From IMG/VR virus record IMGVR_UViG_3300045988_087130, positions 25,785 through 89,784 of that record: DNA of 64,000 nucleotides; one strand, written 5' to 3'. Source of the DNA: a virus. Shown here piece by piece: positions 1-9,513 of this stretch (position 1 is the first letter of the stretch; the number at the start of each line of letters is the position of its first letter). A model generated the notes under the pieces. It did no database searches. It worked only from the letters and a program-made list of their open reading frames with translations, and had not been told where the DNA came from. A program made the position numbers and the translations under genes.

Positions 1-804
1 ACAAAGTTCATTGGGTTCTTTAACAAGTGGCGCAAGGAGTTAGAATCATATGGATATATCAACTTCGCTAAGGTGGTAAATGCAGCCGACTGCGGTGTTC
101 CTCAGAACAGAAAACGTGTCTTCATGCTCTCTATACGAAATGATGGTGATAAGATAGATTATCATTTTCCGAGAAAGACAAAGCTGGAGAAACACTTGGT
201 AGATGTCTTGGAGGAAAATGTTGAAGAGAAGTTCTATCTTGGTGATGATCTGTTAACAGATGAGTGGGGGTATCTGATGTTTAAAGGAAAGAAGATATTT
301 GAAAGCGGTGTTTGCGCAAGAGAACCTATAAGTGCAGCGTTAAGAACACGTTCCAATGGTAAATGGATAAAAGGTGAAAGGCATGAGCAAAAGGTAGAAT
401 TAGGAAAGAATGTGGCTAATGCTATAACATCGGTGAGTAAGGACTCCTTGGTTGTATTGGGATTTTCGAGAGGAAGGCGAGGCGAAGTAGTGAACTATCA
501 CGAAAAGAAGGTCTCTAACACCATTCATACGTCAAGTGGAAGTGGTGGTAATATGGATGAATTTGTGCTAAACAAAACAAGGTTGCGCATTAGGCGTTTG
601 ACTCCGAGAGAACTCTTCCGTTTGATGGACGTTGACGAAGAATACATAGACCGGATGCTTGAAAGTGGCGTATCGAAGTCAAGTCTTCAAAAAGCTGCTG
701 GAAACTCTATAGTTGTAGCGTGCATGGAAATGATTTTTGAGGAACTTTGGTTTCCCGATAATAATGTTAAGATTGCTGATGATGGTCAGCTGTGTCTATT
801 TTAA
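1..804 (+). CDS. DNA (cytosine-5)-methyltransferase, C-terminal part (5' end lies outside window)
   Basis: Frame is open to the window edge; C5-MTase motif VIII PQNRKRVF and motif X GNSIVV; track start at 73 is a GTG inside a longer frame. Confidence 0.8.
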   Translation, partial: TKFIGFFNKWRKELESYGYINFAKVVNAADCGVPQNRKRVFMLSIRNDGDKIDYHFPRKTKLEKHLVDVLEENVEEKFYLGDDLLTDEWGYLMFKGKKIFESGVCAREPISAALRTRSNGKWIKGERHEQKVELGKNVANAITSVSKDSLVVLGFSRGRRGEVVNYHEKKVSNTIHTSSGSGGNMDEFVLNKTRLRIRRLTPRELFRLMDVDEEYIDRMLESGVSKSSLQKAAGNSIVVACMEMIFEELWFPDNNVKIADDGQLCLF

Positions 805-816
805 AGTTTTGACGAA

Positions 817-1086
817 ATGATGTTTTTGAATAATAAAGAGAAAAAGAAGAAAGTAAATGCTATCTCATACGAGATAGATGAGTTTATCTGGGGAAGAAAG
901 GATTTTGTTACCGATTGTCCCTATGGTGAGAAAGGAAGATATACCAATGCCGTTAATAAGGTCGGTGATTTGGGTTGCAACACTTGCGAATGGCAAGTAA
1001 GACACAACCCAAGAGCGCAAGTTGTGATGTGCTCACATCCAAAGGAGGAGAAGAGCGAGGTTAAGAAACTTTTTAAGGATTTATGA
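817..1086 (+). CDS. hypothetical small Cys-rich protein
   Basis: 89-aa ORF; CPYGEKG...CNTCEW...CSHP cysteine spacing suggests metal binding. Confidence 0.4.
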   Translation: MMFLNNKEKKKKVNAISYEIDEFIWGRKDFVTDCPYGEKGRYTNAVNKVGDLGCNTCEWQVRHNPRAQVVMCSHPKEEKSEVKKLFKDL

Positions 1087-1481
1087 TTATGGATAAGGAA
1101 AAATTAAAGAAAGATTACGAGAATGCTTGCAATGCTTACTTGGAGGCATTTTGTGAGAAGCATGAATTTTACGGATTGGATAATCCGGAGACATATTGGA
1201 TTGATACAGGTGGAATAGCCAATTGCGGTGATTTAACTTTCGATATGGCTACTATTGTAACTGATATTGACAAGGAAGCTCCCGAAGAAGAGTTGTTGAA
1301 GTGGTACGATTATACTATTGAAGCTAGTGAGTTCAATTTGCCTATTCCAAACTTCGATCATTGGCTTATAGGGTGTCCAAGAACACCCAAAAAATGGTTT
1401 GAAGACATGCGAGCAAAGCGCAAGGAGATTGATGATTTATTGAAGGAGGAAAATGAAAGATTGAAAAATGGAAAAGAGTAA
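1083..1481 (+). CDS. hypothetical protein
   Basis: 132-aa ORF, 4-nt overlap with upstream gene, co-directional. Confidence 0.45.
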   Translation: MIMDKEKLKKDYENACNAYLEAFCEKHEFYGLDNPETYWIDTGGIANCGDLTFDMATIVTDIDKEAPEEELLKWYDYTIEASEFNLPIPNFDHWLIGCPRTPKKWFEDMRAKRKEIDDLLKEENERLKNGKE

Positions 1482-1746
1482 CCTTTTTAATTATCTACAG
1501 AGGCTCTTCGATGAGGGTCTCTGTATAAACACTACCGAACTTGAATTCGGTACACTTGAAGTAACGGCAGAGAATCGAAGCCAAGGCAAGCAAATCACAT
1601 TCTTTGCAAAGGGCATGGAGGATGCAAAGCAGAAAGCTGCGGAATGGCAGGCTGGTCAAATACTCTTGAATTGCGAAGATTTCGAGGAGATTGTTATGTT
1701 CTTGGCTCAAAGAAAGAAACTTAAAAAGGAAATGTCAAATGGATAA
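1468..1746 (+). CDS. hypothetical protein
   Basis: 92-aa ORF, co-directional tight packing. Confidence 0.4.
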   Translation: MEKSNLFNYLQRLFDEGLCINTTELEFGTLEVTAENRSQGKQITFFAKGMEDAKQKAAEWQAGQILLNCEDFEEIVMFLAQRKKLKKEMSNG

Positions 1747-2044
1747 GAATTTTAGAAGTTGTTTTTGTTGCGTCCATTTTTTGGAAATACAAAATACAAG
1801 TACAGGAAATATTTTGAAATGCAAGAAAGGTAGCACTACGAAAGTACAAGGGAAGAGACTGACAGAAATTGCTGCAAGATGCAAAAACTACAAAGCGTGA
1901 GGCACACGTTAAAGAACATAGTAAGATGAAACTAAAGTTAAAGGTAATAGACAACAGGGGTATTTGAAAGAGAACGAAATGTGAAAAACTGCAAAACAAA
2001 TAGTAGATTCTATATAGTAAGATTAAAATATATTAATATAGATA

Positions 2045-2156
2045 ATAAACACATTAAATTATTTGCATATTACAATAATTCTTTGTATCTTTGCATCGTA
2101 ATTAAGAAACAAATGTTATTAATTAAAATGGTGAGACACACCACAAAAACTGTAAG
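2045..2156 (+). repeat. promoter-leader cassette, copy A of an intergenic repeat family
   Basis: About 85-90% identical to 7663-7780, 28648-28770, 51505-51630 and partly 35910-35975; carries TTTG(2062)/TAtcTTTG(2086) promoter and GGTGAGACACACC..AAAAACTGT leader 17 nt before ATG 2159. Confidence 0.7.
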
Positions 2157-2158
2157 AC

Positions 2159-2494
2159 ATGATGATTACATCAAATGATTGCTACAAGATTTTTCCAAGT
2201 ATCGAAAAGTTCTTCGAGAAGACCGAAAACAATTCGGTTGAAGAGTTGATTGATAATTTGCACCATGCTTTAGAGCGCAATGGTAATGCTCTTTGTGCAG
2301 ATGCAGTTTTTGACAAGGACAATAAAAAGTCTTTTTCCGTTTGGGTTTGCGGTAAGCATGGTAAGACAATGGATGAGCGAAATGACTTGCATACTTTGGA
2401 TGAAGTTAAACAAGCAGCTATCGAGCTTTCTACTAAGTTTGACTTGAACGATTATACAACGAACAAAATTCGTTATAAGAGTATCTGGGCTTAG
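2159..2494 (+). CDS. hypothetical protein
   Basis: 111-aa ORF directly downstream of cassette promoter. Confidence 0.45.
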   Translation: MMITSNDCYKIFPSIEKFFEKTENNSVEELIDNLHHALERNGNALCADAVFDKDNKKSFSVWVCGKHGKTMDERNDLHTLDEVKQAAIELSTKFDLNDYTTNKIRYKSIWA

Positions 2495-2600
2495 TGCCCA
2501 TACTCTTCAGGAGAAGTTAAATCGGTATTTTGGCGAAGAGGTTTGCCTCCTCGCCAATCTAATAAGGGAAAGGTGAGGCACACCTCAAAAACTGGTGGTA

Positions 2601-2909
2601 ATGACAAAGAAAGAAATTTTAAAAAAATGGCTTGAAGAACCAAAAGTGAGATATGGTAGCAATTCAAATTTCACTTTGGGATATGGTGATGGATGGGATT
2701 GGTGTAAAGATACCCTACGACCAGCTATTACGAAGAATGCGATGTTCCTTAGATTCTTAGAACATGGCTTCCGTGAGATAGAAGAGTTTTTGAAATCAAA
2801 AACCGGAAAGCCGAGCGAAGAGGATTGTTCCTTGTATTCTGTTGGATATAAGGATGGAGTCAAGGATGCCATAATTGCAATTAAGAATAGATTTGAAAAA
2901 TTAAAATAG
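2601..2909 (+). CDS. hypothetical protein
   Basis: ORF 2595-2909; first ATG at 2601; preceded by GGTGAGGCACACC..AAAAACTGG motif. Confidence 0.45.
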   Translation: MTKKEILKKWLEEPKVRYGSNSNFTLGYGDGWDWCKDTLRPAITKNAMFLRFLEHGFREIEEFLKSKTGKPSEEDCSLYSVGYKDGVKDAIIAIKNRFEKLK

Positions 2910-2917
2910 GAGGTTAA

Positions 2918-3208
2918 ATGGATTTAGGAAAGGCGATTAAGACAATTAGGGTAAGCAAAGGCTTGACCCAACGACAACTGAGTAAGGCTATCGGTTGTAG
3001 CGAGACAAACATGTTGTTTATGGAGACCGGAAGAACGTTTCCACGCAAGAGTAAGATTGATGCAATATGCAAGGTATTGGAGATTCCGATGTCTTATTTG
3101 TTGATGTTTGCTATTACACAGGATGATATTCCGGAAGATAAGCAGAGTTTGTACACAAGCATCGTTGAACCGATGCGAAATGAATTTATTAGGGAGTTAC
3201 TGCGATGA
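2918..3208 (+). CDS. XRE-family helix-turn-helix DNA-binding protein
   Basis: N-terminal LTQRQLSKAIGCSETNMLFMETG matches HTH_3 (Cro/CI-type) pattern. Confidence 0.6.
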   Translation: MDLGKAIKTIRVSKGLTQRQLSKAIGCSETNMLFMETGRTFPRKSKIDAICKVLEIPMSYLLMFAITQDDIPEDKQSLYTSIVEPMRNEFIRELLR

Positions 3209-3435
3209 AAAGATACTTTTATTTTTCCGCAAGATTCATTAAGAATGGACGTATGGCGTATTCCGCCGGAATATTAGAATCAGATGATGGGTATTTTGAT
3301 TTTGTTAAGGCCACAAAGGATATTGCACAAGAAGAAGGGGTTGATGTAAAAAAGGTTATCATAGTTTTTTGGACAGAGACCAATTCTATTATGATGGATA
3401 AGTTTAAAGCTTTAAAAGAAGAGGAAAATTGGTAG
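3205..3435 (+). CDS. hypothetical protein
   Basis: 76-aa ORF, ATGA overlap with upstream gene. Confidence 0.4.
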   Translation: MKRYFYFSARFIKNGRMAYSAGILESDDGYFDFVKATKDIAQEEGVDVKKVIIVFWTETNSIMMDKFKALKEEENW

Positions 3436-3617
3436 AATTTTACTTTGAAGGAAATATCATTTGGAAAAATTACGATTTCCATTTTATGCCTTGTGTAGGG
3501 GATAAAGTCGTGATTAACAATCTTACATACAAGATTAAGTCTCGTGTGTTCAAGTGCCAAGGAAAGACAGTTAAAGTTGTTTTAAAAAAGGTTGATAATG
3601 AAAATACGAATAGTTAA
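3429..3617 (+). CDS. hypothetical protein
   Basis: 62-aa ORF. Confidence 0.3.
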   Translation: MVEFYFEGNIIWKNYDFHFMPCVGDKVVINNLTYKIKSRVFKCQGKTVKVVLKKVDNENTNS

Positions 3618-3939
3618 ACATGTTTGTGCCGATGGAGTAGGAAGAGGTATCTTGGAATACCGCAACCATTGGTGGGAGAAATGGAGACCATTGCATCAGG
3701 AAGGCAAGTTGGCTTATGTAGCATATATGGGGGCGAATCCATATAAGTCTTTACAAGAAGAGTGCTTTGATATGCTCGAATTAAATGAAGAGCAGAGAAA
3801 GGTACGTGAACAGATGTTCCGCTACATCTTAGATGCAGAAGAGATATATGTTGGTGCAAGAATTGGTAGCGAGTATCATATCGGCTATGATGCTGAAAAT
3901 GATGAGAGTATGGAGACACTTAGAAATTTGGAGGAATAG
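3592..3939 (+). CDS. hypothetical protein
   Basis: 115-aa ORF. Confidence 0.4.
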   Translation: MIMKIRIVKHVCADGVGRGILEYRNHWWEKWRPLHQEGKLAYVAYMGANPYKSLQEECFDMLELNEEQRKVREQMFRYILDAEEIYVGARIGSEYHIGYDAENDESMETLRNLEE

Positions 3940-3941
3940 TT

Positions 3942-4238
3942 ATGCTCGGAAAGATTTTTTCGGTTATGACCGATATTATATATCGAAGAGAGGAAAGTTT
4001 GAATCTCTTTGAAGGAAAGAAGAAACTTGATAAGGTGGTGTCTGGTCGGGTAATCAGAGAACAAATCAAGTTGTTTGGTTTTACCGTCAGGACAAAGTAT
4101 TTTTATCAGATTTGCTGCCCACAAGTCAATATGAATGATACCCACGAGGTTTGCATATTGAATAAGGTCGAGGATTTGGTAAGAACAGAGTGCTATAACA
4201 AGGTCGTTGAATATTCAAACAGAAAACATCATGTCTAG
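3942..4238 (+). CDS. hypothetical protein
   Basis: 98-aa ORF. Confidence 0.4.
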   Translation: MLGKIFSVMTDIIYRREESLNLFEGKKKLDKVVSGRVIREQIKLFGFTVRTKYFYQICCPQVNMNDTHEVCILNKVEDLVRTECYNKVVEYSNRKHHV

Positions 4239-5055
4239 TGTTAATTGTTTCAGAAGAGTTCTGTTAGATGTCGGTGGCAAGAAGACAATAATCAGTGTTC
4301 CGCATGAAATGTCCGAAACCGAAGTAAATAAGGTTATGGTTGTTACCAGAGCCTATCTACAGCAGTATGTCTATGTCGAAATGATATTGGCAGAGTGTTT
4401 CATTCAGAAAATCGAAAAGAGTATTCTGAAGAAGAAATGCGTTAGGTTTGAAGTTAAGAAGAAGTGGGTGGACTGCAAGAAGAACCTTCGCAAGGTGGTT
4501 AAGTATTATGACGCTTATGTTCCTAATGCAGATTTCAATAACGAATTCGCAATGACGTTTTATGACAAGATTAGTGGAGACTTGTATAAGTTGCGAGATA
4601 AGATTGCGGTGAGGTTACAGAACTTAGGAATTGGTGAAAAATCGGGAGTCTATGCGAATGCAATCATCCTTTATAATCTCACCAACCTTTGTCTGGGAAC
4701 TTATGAGAATATCATCCGTAAGCTGTTTGAAGAATTGCACGTTAACTTAATGCAAGCGTTCAAGGATTTTGCCCCAATACTTGCTTTTGAGAACTCCTAT
4801 GACTTCATGGCGTTAGTGATGGATAAGGATTTCGAGAGACTGGCAGACCATTTGATGACCAAAGAAATTCTTTCTTATTTCGACAAGGTGAGAAAAGGTG
4901 TCTTTGACGAACAGACATTGAATAAGGCTGCTATCAATGCAACGGAAGACTTGAAAGACGATGAGAAGGATTTGCAGCGGACTTATATAGGAATTAATGA
5001 TTTTATGAAGAGTGACTTTCCTTTGGAGAGAACAACATCAAAGAAAGCAAGCTGA
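4231..5055 (+). CDS. hypothetical protein
   Basis: Track ORF 4207-5055 starts at TTG; first ATG at 4231 overlaps upstream stop by 8 nt. Confidence 0.45.
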   Translation: MSSVNCFRRVLLDVGGKKTIISVPHEMSETEVNKVMVVTRAYLQQYVYVEMILAECFIQKIEKSILKKKCVRFEVKKKWVDCKKNLRKVVKYYDAYVPNADFNNEFAMTFYDKISGDLYKLRDKIAVRLQNLGIGEKSGVYANAIILYNLTNLCLGTYENIIRKLFEELHVNLMQAFKDFAPILAFENSYDFMALVMDKDFERLADHLMTKEILSYFDKVRKGVFDEQTLNKAAINATEDLKDDEKDLQRTYIGINDFMKSDFPLERTTSKKAS

Positions 5056-5312
5056 TGAGAATAGAACCTAGTGAGTTCTTGCCGATAGGTAACGAATTTC
5101 AGAAAATCTTCGGTGTAAGCTTTGGAAAGTTTATAGATATGCGGTTTCTTTTGGCAAGAAAAGAACTGGTCTTCAACTTGCTTAAGTTCACGGATTGGCT
5201 TGAAGTGCGTTATCCGGATGAGTGTTTCATTGATGGAGTGAGTTACAATGCAGTTGTCGAGCGAAAGTTTGGCAAGCGAGGGGTTAAACTGATAAAAAAG
5301 TTATTAGGATGA
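5055..5312 (+). CDS. hypothetical protein
   Basis: 85-aa ORF. Confidence 0.4.
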   Translation: MRIEPSEFLPIGNEFQKIFGVSFGKFIDMRFLLARKELVFNLLKFTDWLEVRYPDECFIDGVSYNAVVERKFGKRGVKLIKKLLG

Positions 5313-6034
5313 AATATATGGGCAGCAAAGCGAGAATCGTGCATGAGATATTGCCGATTATGCAGGACAAGGAACATGATACGTTTGTAGATGCTTTCTG
5401 TGGTGGCTGTAGTGTTATTGAGAACGTTCCGGACACGTATCGCAGGATTGCCAACGATAAGAATAAGTATCTTATCGAAATGTGGAAGCATCTTCAGAAT
5501 GGAGGATTTGTCTTCAGTCATATTAGCAAGGAGACGTATGACAAGGCACGAGATTGCTATCACGGAAAGAATAATTTCTTTACGGAAGCTGGTGTAGGAC
5601 TAGTCGGCTTCATGGCAAGCTTTAATGGTCGCTTCTTTGATGGTGGCTATAGCGGACATAATGTTGTCGGCAAGAACGGAAAGGCAAGAGATTACATAAG
5701 GGAGCAGATTGAAAACACTATGCGTGATGTGCCTCTCATTAAAGGTGTTGAGTTCTATAGCGGCAGTTATGATGAACTTGTGATACCGGAGAGGAGTATA
5801 GTGTATTGCGATATACCTTACAAAGCTACGAAAAAGTACGATGTATCAAAGAACTTCGATTATGAAAGTTTCTATATTTGGTGCATGGAAATGGCTAGAA
5901 GAGGTCATAAGGTCTTTATCAGCGAGTACCAGATGCCACAAGAGTTCAGATGTGTTTGGGAAAAGGAAGTAACAAACTCTCTTAACCCGAATATCACAAA
6001 GAGACCAGTCGAAAGGTTGTTTACTATTGATTAG
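5309..6034 (+). CDS. Dam-like (D12-class) DNA N6-adenine methyltransferase
   Basis: N-terminal MKYMGSKARI and FCGGCSV (SAM motif I), downstream catalytic DIPY (DPPY-type) in the alpha-class order. Confidence 0.75.
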   Translation: MKYMGSKARIVHEILPIMQDKEHDTFVDAFCGGCSVIENVPDTYRRIANDKNKYLIEMWKHLQNGGFVFSHISKETYDKARDCYHGKNNFFTEAGVGLVGFMASFNGRFFDGGYSGHNVVGKNGKARDYIREQIENTMRDVPLIKGVEFYSGSYDELVIPERSIVYCDIPYKATKKYDVSKNFDYESFYIWCMEMARRGHKVFISEYQMPQEFRCVWEKEVTNSLNPNITKRPVERLFTID

Positions 6035-6043
6035 AAAGAAGAA

Positions 6044-6202
6044 ATGAAAGAAACTTATTGCTTGGAGGATACGCTTTACAATACAAAGCGTTACTTCACT
6101 ATAGAGAATGGAGTGGTATCAGGAACAGAACTTGCACAGGAAGACTTTAACGTATTTCTTGATCTTGCAAGTCGGCTTGGCTATAAGGTAGTGAAATTAT
6201 GA
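6044..6202 (+). CDS. hypothetical small protein
   Basis: 52-aa ORF found by hand, not in track (<60 aa). Confidence 0.25.
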   Translation: MKETYCLEDTLYNTKRYFTIENGVVSGTELAQEDFNVFLDLASRLGYKVVKL

Positions 6203-6360
6203 CAAGGCGAGTAAACAAGGATTGTCCGTTCACGGCAGAAGAATTGGATGAGTTAAGAGCTGCCTTGTATAATGTGAATACATCTTTTCACTGCTGTAAT
6301 GCAACTCCGGTAGATTGGGCGGCAGGATGGCAGCGGAACGATATAAGAAAGATAAGGTAG
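6199..6360 (+). CDS. hypothetical small Cys-containing protein
   Basis: 53-aa ORF found by hand; ATGA overlap with preceding small ORF. Confidence 0.25.
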   Translation: MTRRVNKDCPFTAEELDELRAALYNVNTSFHCCNATPVDWAAGWQRNDIRKIR

Positions 6361-6810
6361 GAAAGCCATAATCTACCAAATACCCACGTCTCAAAGCCGT
6401 GCGATGTCCAGCGTGGGGGCGGGATTGTAAACTTAGGAGTCGCACGGCTTTATTTGGAAGTTTCCATAACTACAAATAGCCTATCGCTAATGGTTGTTCC
6501 CTTGGGCAAGGAGATAGTTAATACCGCATCGTAAGATGTGAACACTTAAAATTTGCCGACAACCATTGGCAAAAGCCCATCAGTCAGCGACAGAACCCCT
6601 TGGGCAAGGTGGGAATGGTGCACAGTCTTCAAATTCGCATCTGTCGCTGACAAACGGATGAGTGGCATTGGCAACTGAAAGCAATGCGACCCTCGCAAAC
6701 TTGGAGCGGATTTTCTGATTAAACATTCCGTGTACTGAGTCACTGGGGAGGATTTGGCACCAACAAGGGTTTAAATCCCTTGTCATCCACTAATTTTAAA
6801 AGGTTAAATT
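6361..6810. other. ORF-free GC-rich structured element (candidate structured ncRNA or replication origin)
   Basis: No convincing ORF on either strand; perfect inverted repeats AAAGCCGTGCGA/TCGCACGGCTTT and GTCAGCGACAG/CTGTCGCTGAC; direct repeat CCCTTGGGCAAGG x2; GC content above flanks. Confidence 0.3.
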
Positions 6811-7038
6811 ATGAATGAGTATTGTGAGAATTTGATTTCAAATGGAGTTCCTAGCTGGATAGTAGAGGAGGCTTATAAATTTACAATTGAGCCTTTGAAA
6901 TCAACAGAAGGCTTGGTAGGAATTGATAAGGAAAATAGTGAGCTATATAGAAATGTCATTATCGCAGCCTATATTGAGGGTGCTAGTGCTACATTGGTAA
7001 AAGTGCAAAAATATTATGGCGGTGAGGAACATAGTTAG
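6811..7038 (+). CDS. hypothetical protein
   Basis: 75-aa ORF. Confidence 0.4.
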   Translation: MNEYCENLISNGVPSWIVEEAYKFTIEPLKSTEGLVGIDKENSELYRNVIIAAYIEGASATLVKVQKYYGGEEHS

Positions 7039-7255
7039 ACAATGGAACGAGGCAACTGAAGGATATTCGTACCGCTTCAAAGGTGGAGATATTTTCCTCC
7101 GGTTGGTTAAGGCTAATGGTAGTTATGAATTGCGTAACCCTATAGGTTATGGTGTTCAAGTAGTCATATGCAAAGACTTGGATGAAGCAGATGCAAAAGC
7201 CAAGGAAGTGCTAGAAGCGTTTTTTGAAGACAAAGTTAACATAAAAGTTATTTGA
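7016..7255 (+). CDS. hypothetical protein
   Basis: 79-aa ORF overlapping upstream gene by 23 nt; start uncertain. Confidence 0.35.
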   Translation: MAVRNIVRQWNEATEGYSYRFKGGDIFLRLVKANGSYELRNPIGYGVQVVICKDLDEADAKAKEVLEAFFEDKVNIKVI

Positions 7256-7527
7256 TTATGGACTTAGAATTATTGATAGATAAGATAGACTTGAGTCAAG
7301 GTGCAAGGCAGATAGCCAAGCAAGCCTTGGAGTTGGGAATAAAATGCCAAAAGGATAGTGCTTGGCATCCGGTAGAAGAATTACCTGAGCACAACAGACG
7401 CATTGTCGGTCTGACCAAGGTTCGCAAGCGTTTCAAGCATCTGAATTTCTTAGGCGAGGAATGGTGGAAGAAGTTCACGAAGTCAAACGCCATCTATAAA
7501 TGGGCTTATGTTGACGATCTAGTTTGA
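7252..7527 (+). CDS. hypothetical protein
   Basis: 91-aa ORF. Confidence 0.4.
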   Translation: MIMDLELLIDKIDLSQGARQIAKQALELGIKCQKDSAWHPVEELPEHNRRIVGLTKVRKRFKHLNFLGEEWWKKFTKSNAIYKWAYVDDLV

Positions 7528-7572
7528 TAGTAATCGTAGAAATCCATAATGCTATTTTGTTTTAAATGTTTG

Positions 7573-7613
7573 CCCCATCACTATATATAATAATGTAGTG
7601 GTGGGGATTTTTG
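7573..7613 (+). terminator. rho-independent terminator
   Basis: Hairpin CCCCATCACTA-loop-TAGTGGTGGGG followed by ATTTTTGTG. Confidence 0.6.
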
Positions 7614-7662
7614 TGTTAACGTCAGCAAATTACCCGTCTGTATTGTTATAGTATGTCAAATA

Positions 7663-7780
7663 ATAAAAGAAACACATTAAATAACTTGCATATTTCGATA
7701 ATTCTTTGTATCTTTGCATCGTAGTTAAGAAACAAATGTTATTAATTAAAATGGTGAGACACACCATAAAAACTGTAAGT
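7663..7780 (+). repeat. promoter-leader cassette, copy B
   Basis: Near-identical to copies A/C/D; -7 TAtcTTTG at 7709; GGTGAGACACACC at 7753. Confidence 0.7.
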
Positions 7781-7785
7781 TAGAT

Positions 7786-7938
7786 ATGAAACAATCAAAG
7801 TATTATATTGATTACGTAAAGGACGGCATGTACTTTATCTTGGTTCGTAGAAGAGACGAAGCTATCCTCTTTTCGAATAGCTGCTTGACAATGTTATCAA
7901 CGAGGCAAAGACTCGCAACATCAAAGGTTGTGATTGTG
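7786..7938 (+). CDS. hypothetical small protein
   Basis: 50-aa ORF found by hand directly after cassette leader. Confidence 0.2.
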
Positions 7939-7964
7939 TGATTCTTTAACTTTGAGGATTAGTT

Positions 7965-8285
7965 ATGAAAAATAATTCTATCTCATTCAGCGAGTTGGCT
8001 AATTTCAACGATAGCAACTCTTGTGTTATGGTTGCCTTGATTATTAATGATGAAGGCGAAGTTGACGAAATCAATGAATATCTTGCTAATGTGCTTGGAT
8101 TTTCCAAGGGTAAGAAAATCATAGGCTATCATCATATTGATGGCAATGACAATGGACGCAGTGACTATCTCTTTGAGTTTGACCATCCGGAGATTGCTTT
8201 CAATCCTATTGCTAGGTTAAAGTTTCCTGATTTGAAATGGACTAGTGATTTTGTAGATAATTTTGAACTTGATTATTTAATATAA
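7965..8285 (+). CDS. hypothetical protein
   Basis: 106-aa ORF. Confidence 0.45.
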   Translation: MKNNSISFSELANFNDSNSCVMVALIINDEGEVDEINEYLANVLGFSKGKKIIGYHHIDGNDNGRSDYLFEFDHPEIAFNPIARLKFPDLKWTSDFVDNFELDYLI

Positions 8286-8292
8286 AGTAGAT

Positions 8293-8553
8293 ATGGAAAA
8301 GAATAATGCTTATGTAGAGGTGTTGGCAAAGATTGCTAGCCTCATGGGTAGAACAAAGGAGTCTATTCAGATGTCGTCTTCAAATACTCATACGAGTATT
8401 ACGATGTTTACCGAAAACAATAGTAAGATAATTGGAAATTGGTATTTTGATGCTTCCGATAGCAAGGAGTTGATGAATGCCTCGTTCAATGGTCTTAAGA
8501 CTTTGGTTGAGTCTCTTGAGCACAATAAAAGCAATGACGGACAGGCAGCGTAA
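8293..8553 (+). CDS. hypothetical protein
   Basis: 86-aa ORF. Confidence 0.4.
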   Translation: MEKNNAYVEVLAKIASLMGRTKESIQMSSSNTHTSITMFTENNSKIIGNWYFDASDSKELMNASFNGLKTLVESLEHNKSNDGQAA

Positions 8554-8782
8554 GTACATTGAAAGTCTTATCAAGAAAGTGTTTCGTAATGCAGATTCGC
8601 AGAGCGAAATACTTTCCAGATTGGATAGGGTTGAGATTTCAAGCCATCAAGCTTCAGTAATGATACATGCGTTGAAGCTAGAGTGCAACATCGGTCGTTC
8701 CGTTCTGGCATATATGTTAATGGCGAACAATCTAAATCCAAAAATGGATGAGTTCTTTAGTATATTAGGTTACGATGAATGA
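8477..8782 (+). CDS. hypothetical protein (start uncertain, possibly ATG 8534)
   Basis: 101-aa ORF overlapping upstream gene. Confidence 0.35.
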   Translation: MPRSMVLRLWLSLLSTIKAMTDRQRKYIESLIKKVFRNADSQSEILSRLDRVEISSHQASVMIHALKLECNIGRSVLAYMLMANNLNPKMDEFFSILGYDE

Positions 8783-8811
8783 CGGATTCGTCAAGAAGAA
8801 AAGAAGTTGAT

Positions 8812-9087
8812 ATGAAAAAGGTATTTATGATAATTGCCGTTGCCGCTATCTTGGTAGGTTGCAAAGGTAAGGGTACAAGAGTCCAAATCTCGGATTCTGT
8901 TGACAAATTCAAGGTTGAGAAGTTGTTTGTCGCGGATAGTATAACAGTATACAGGTTCTATGACCAAGGAAATGCTATCTATTTCACTAACCGGAAAGGT
9001 AGGGTAGATGCAATACATTCCAAGTACAATCCGGTTACTCGTACATACAATGACGAGGTTAACGAAACTTTATGTGAAGGAGACTGA
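8812..9087 (+). CDS. putative lipoprotein
   Basis: From ATG 8812: MKKVFMIIAVAAILVGC, a signal peptide with LVGC lipobox. Confidence 0.5.
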   Translation: MKKVFMIIAVAAILVGCKGKGTRVQISDSVDKFKVEKLFVADSITVYRFYDQGNAIYFTNRKGRVDAIHSKYNPVTRTYNDEVNETLCEGD

Positions 9088-9090
9088 AAA

Positions 9091-9324
9091 ATGGAAAAGA
9101 GATTAACTAAGGAAGAGTTCCTGAAGGATTTATGGCATCCATACAACAAAGAACCAAGAAATCGTTCTAATATTCTATACTTGAATGCTGATGAAAATAT
9201 TTACGGCAAACAATACACTAAAGAAGACTACAAAGAGGGATGGAGGGATTTTGTATGTTTCTATAGTGTATGGAAATGGGCTTACCAAGATGATTTACTT
9301 CCAAAGGAAGGAGGTGAACAATGA
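9091..9324 (+). CDS. hypothetical protein
   Basis: 77-aa ORF. Confidence 0.4.
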   Translation: MEKRLTKEEFLKDLWHPYNKEPRNRSNILYLNADENIYGKQYTKEDYKEGWRDFVCFYSVWKWAYQDDLLPKEGGEQ

Positions 9325-9509
9325 CTAAATGGTACTCTGCAAAAGAAACTCCAAACTACGAAGAGTGGATTCTTACAGAATGGTATGATAGAGACGATGG
9401 AGGTCTTAAGTACGAAGCTGATTATCTTTACTGTTTTGTTTATTGGAAAGATTATGTAAAGAGAAACAACATCACAAAGTGGTGCTATATTAAAGATATA
9501 AAAGACTAG
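9321..9509 (+). CDS. hypothetical protein
   Basis: 62-aa ORF. Confidence 0.35.
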   Translation: MTKWYSAKETPNYEEWILTEWYDRDDGGLKYEADYLYCFVYWKDYVKRNNITKWCYIKDIKD

Positions 9510-9513
9510 GTGT

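Noticed and set aside
6230-6786. Minus-strand ORFs 6230-6445, 6546-6743 and 6580-6786 in the structured GC-rich element
   Set aside because: Low-complexity, mutually overlapping, with no start context; the region is better explained as non-coding structure.
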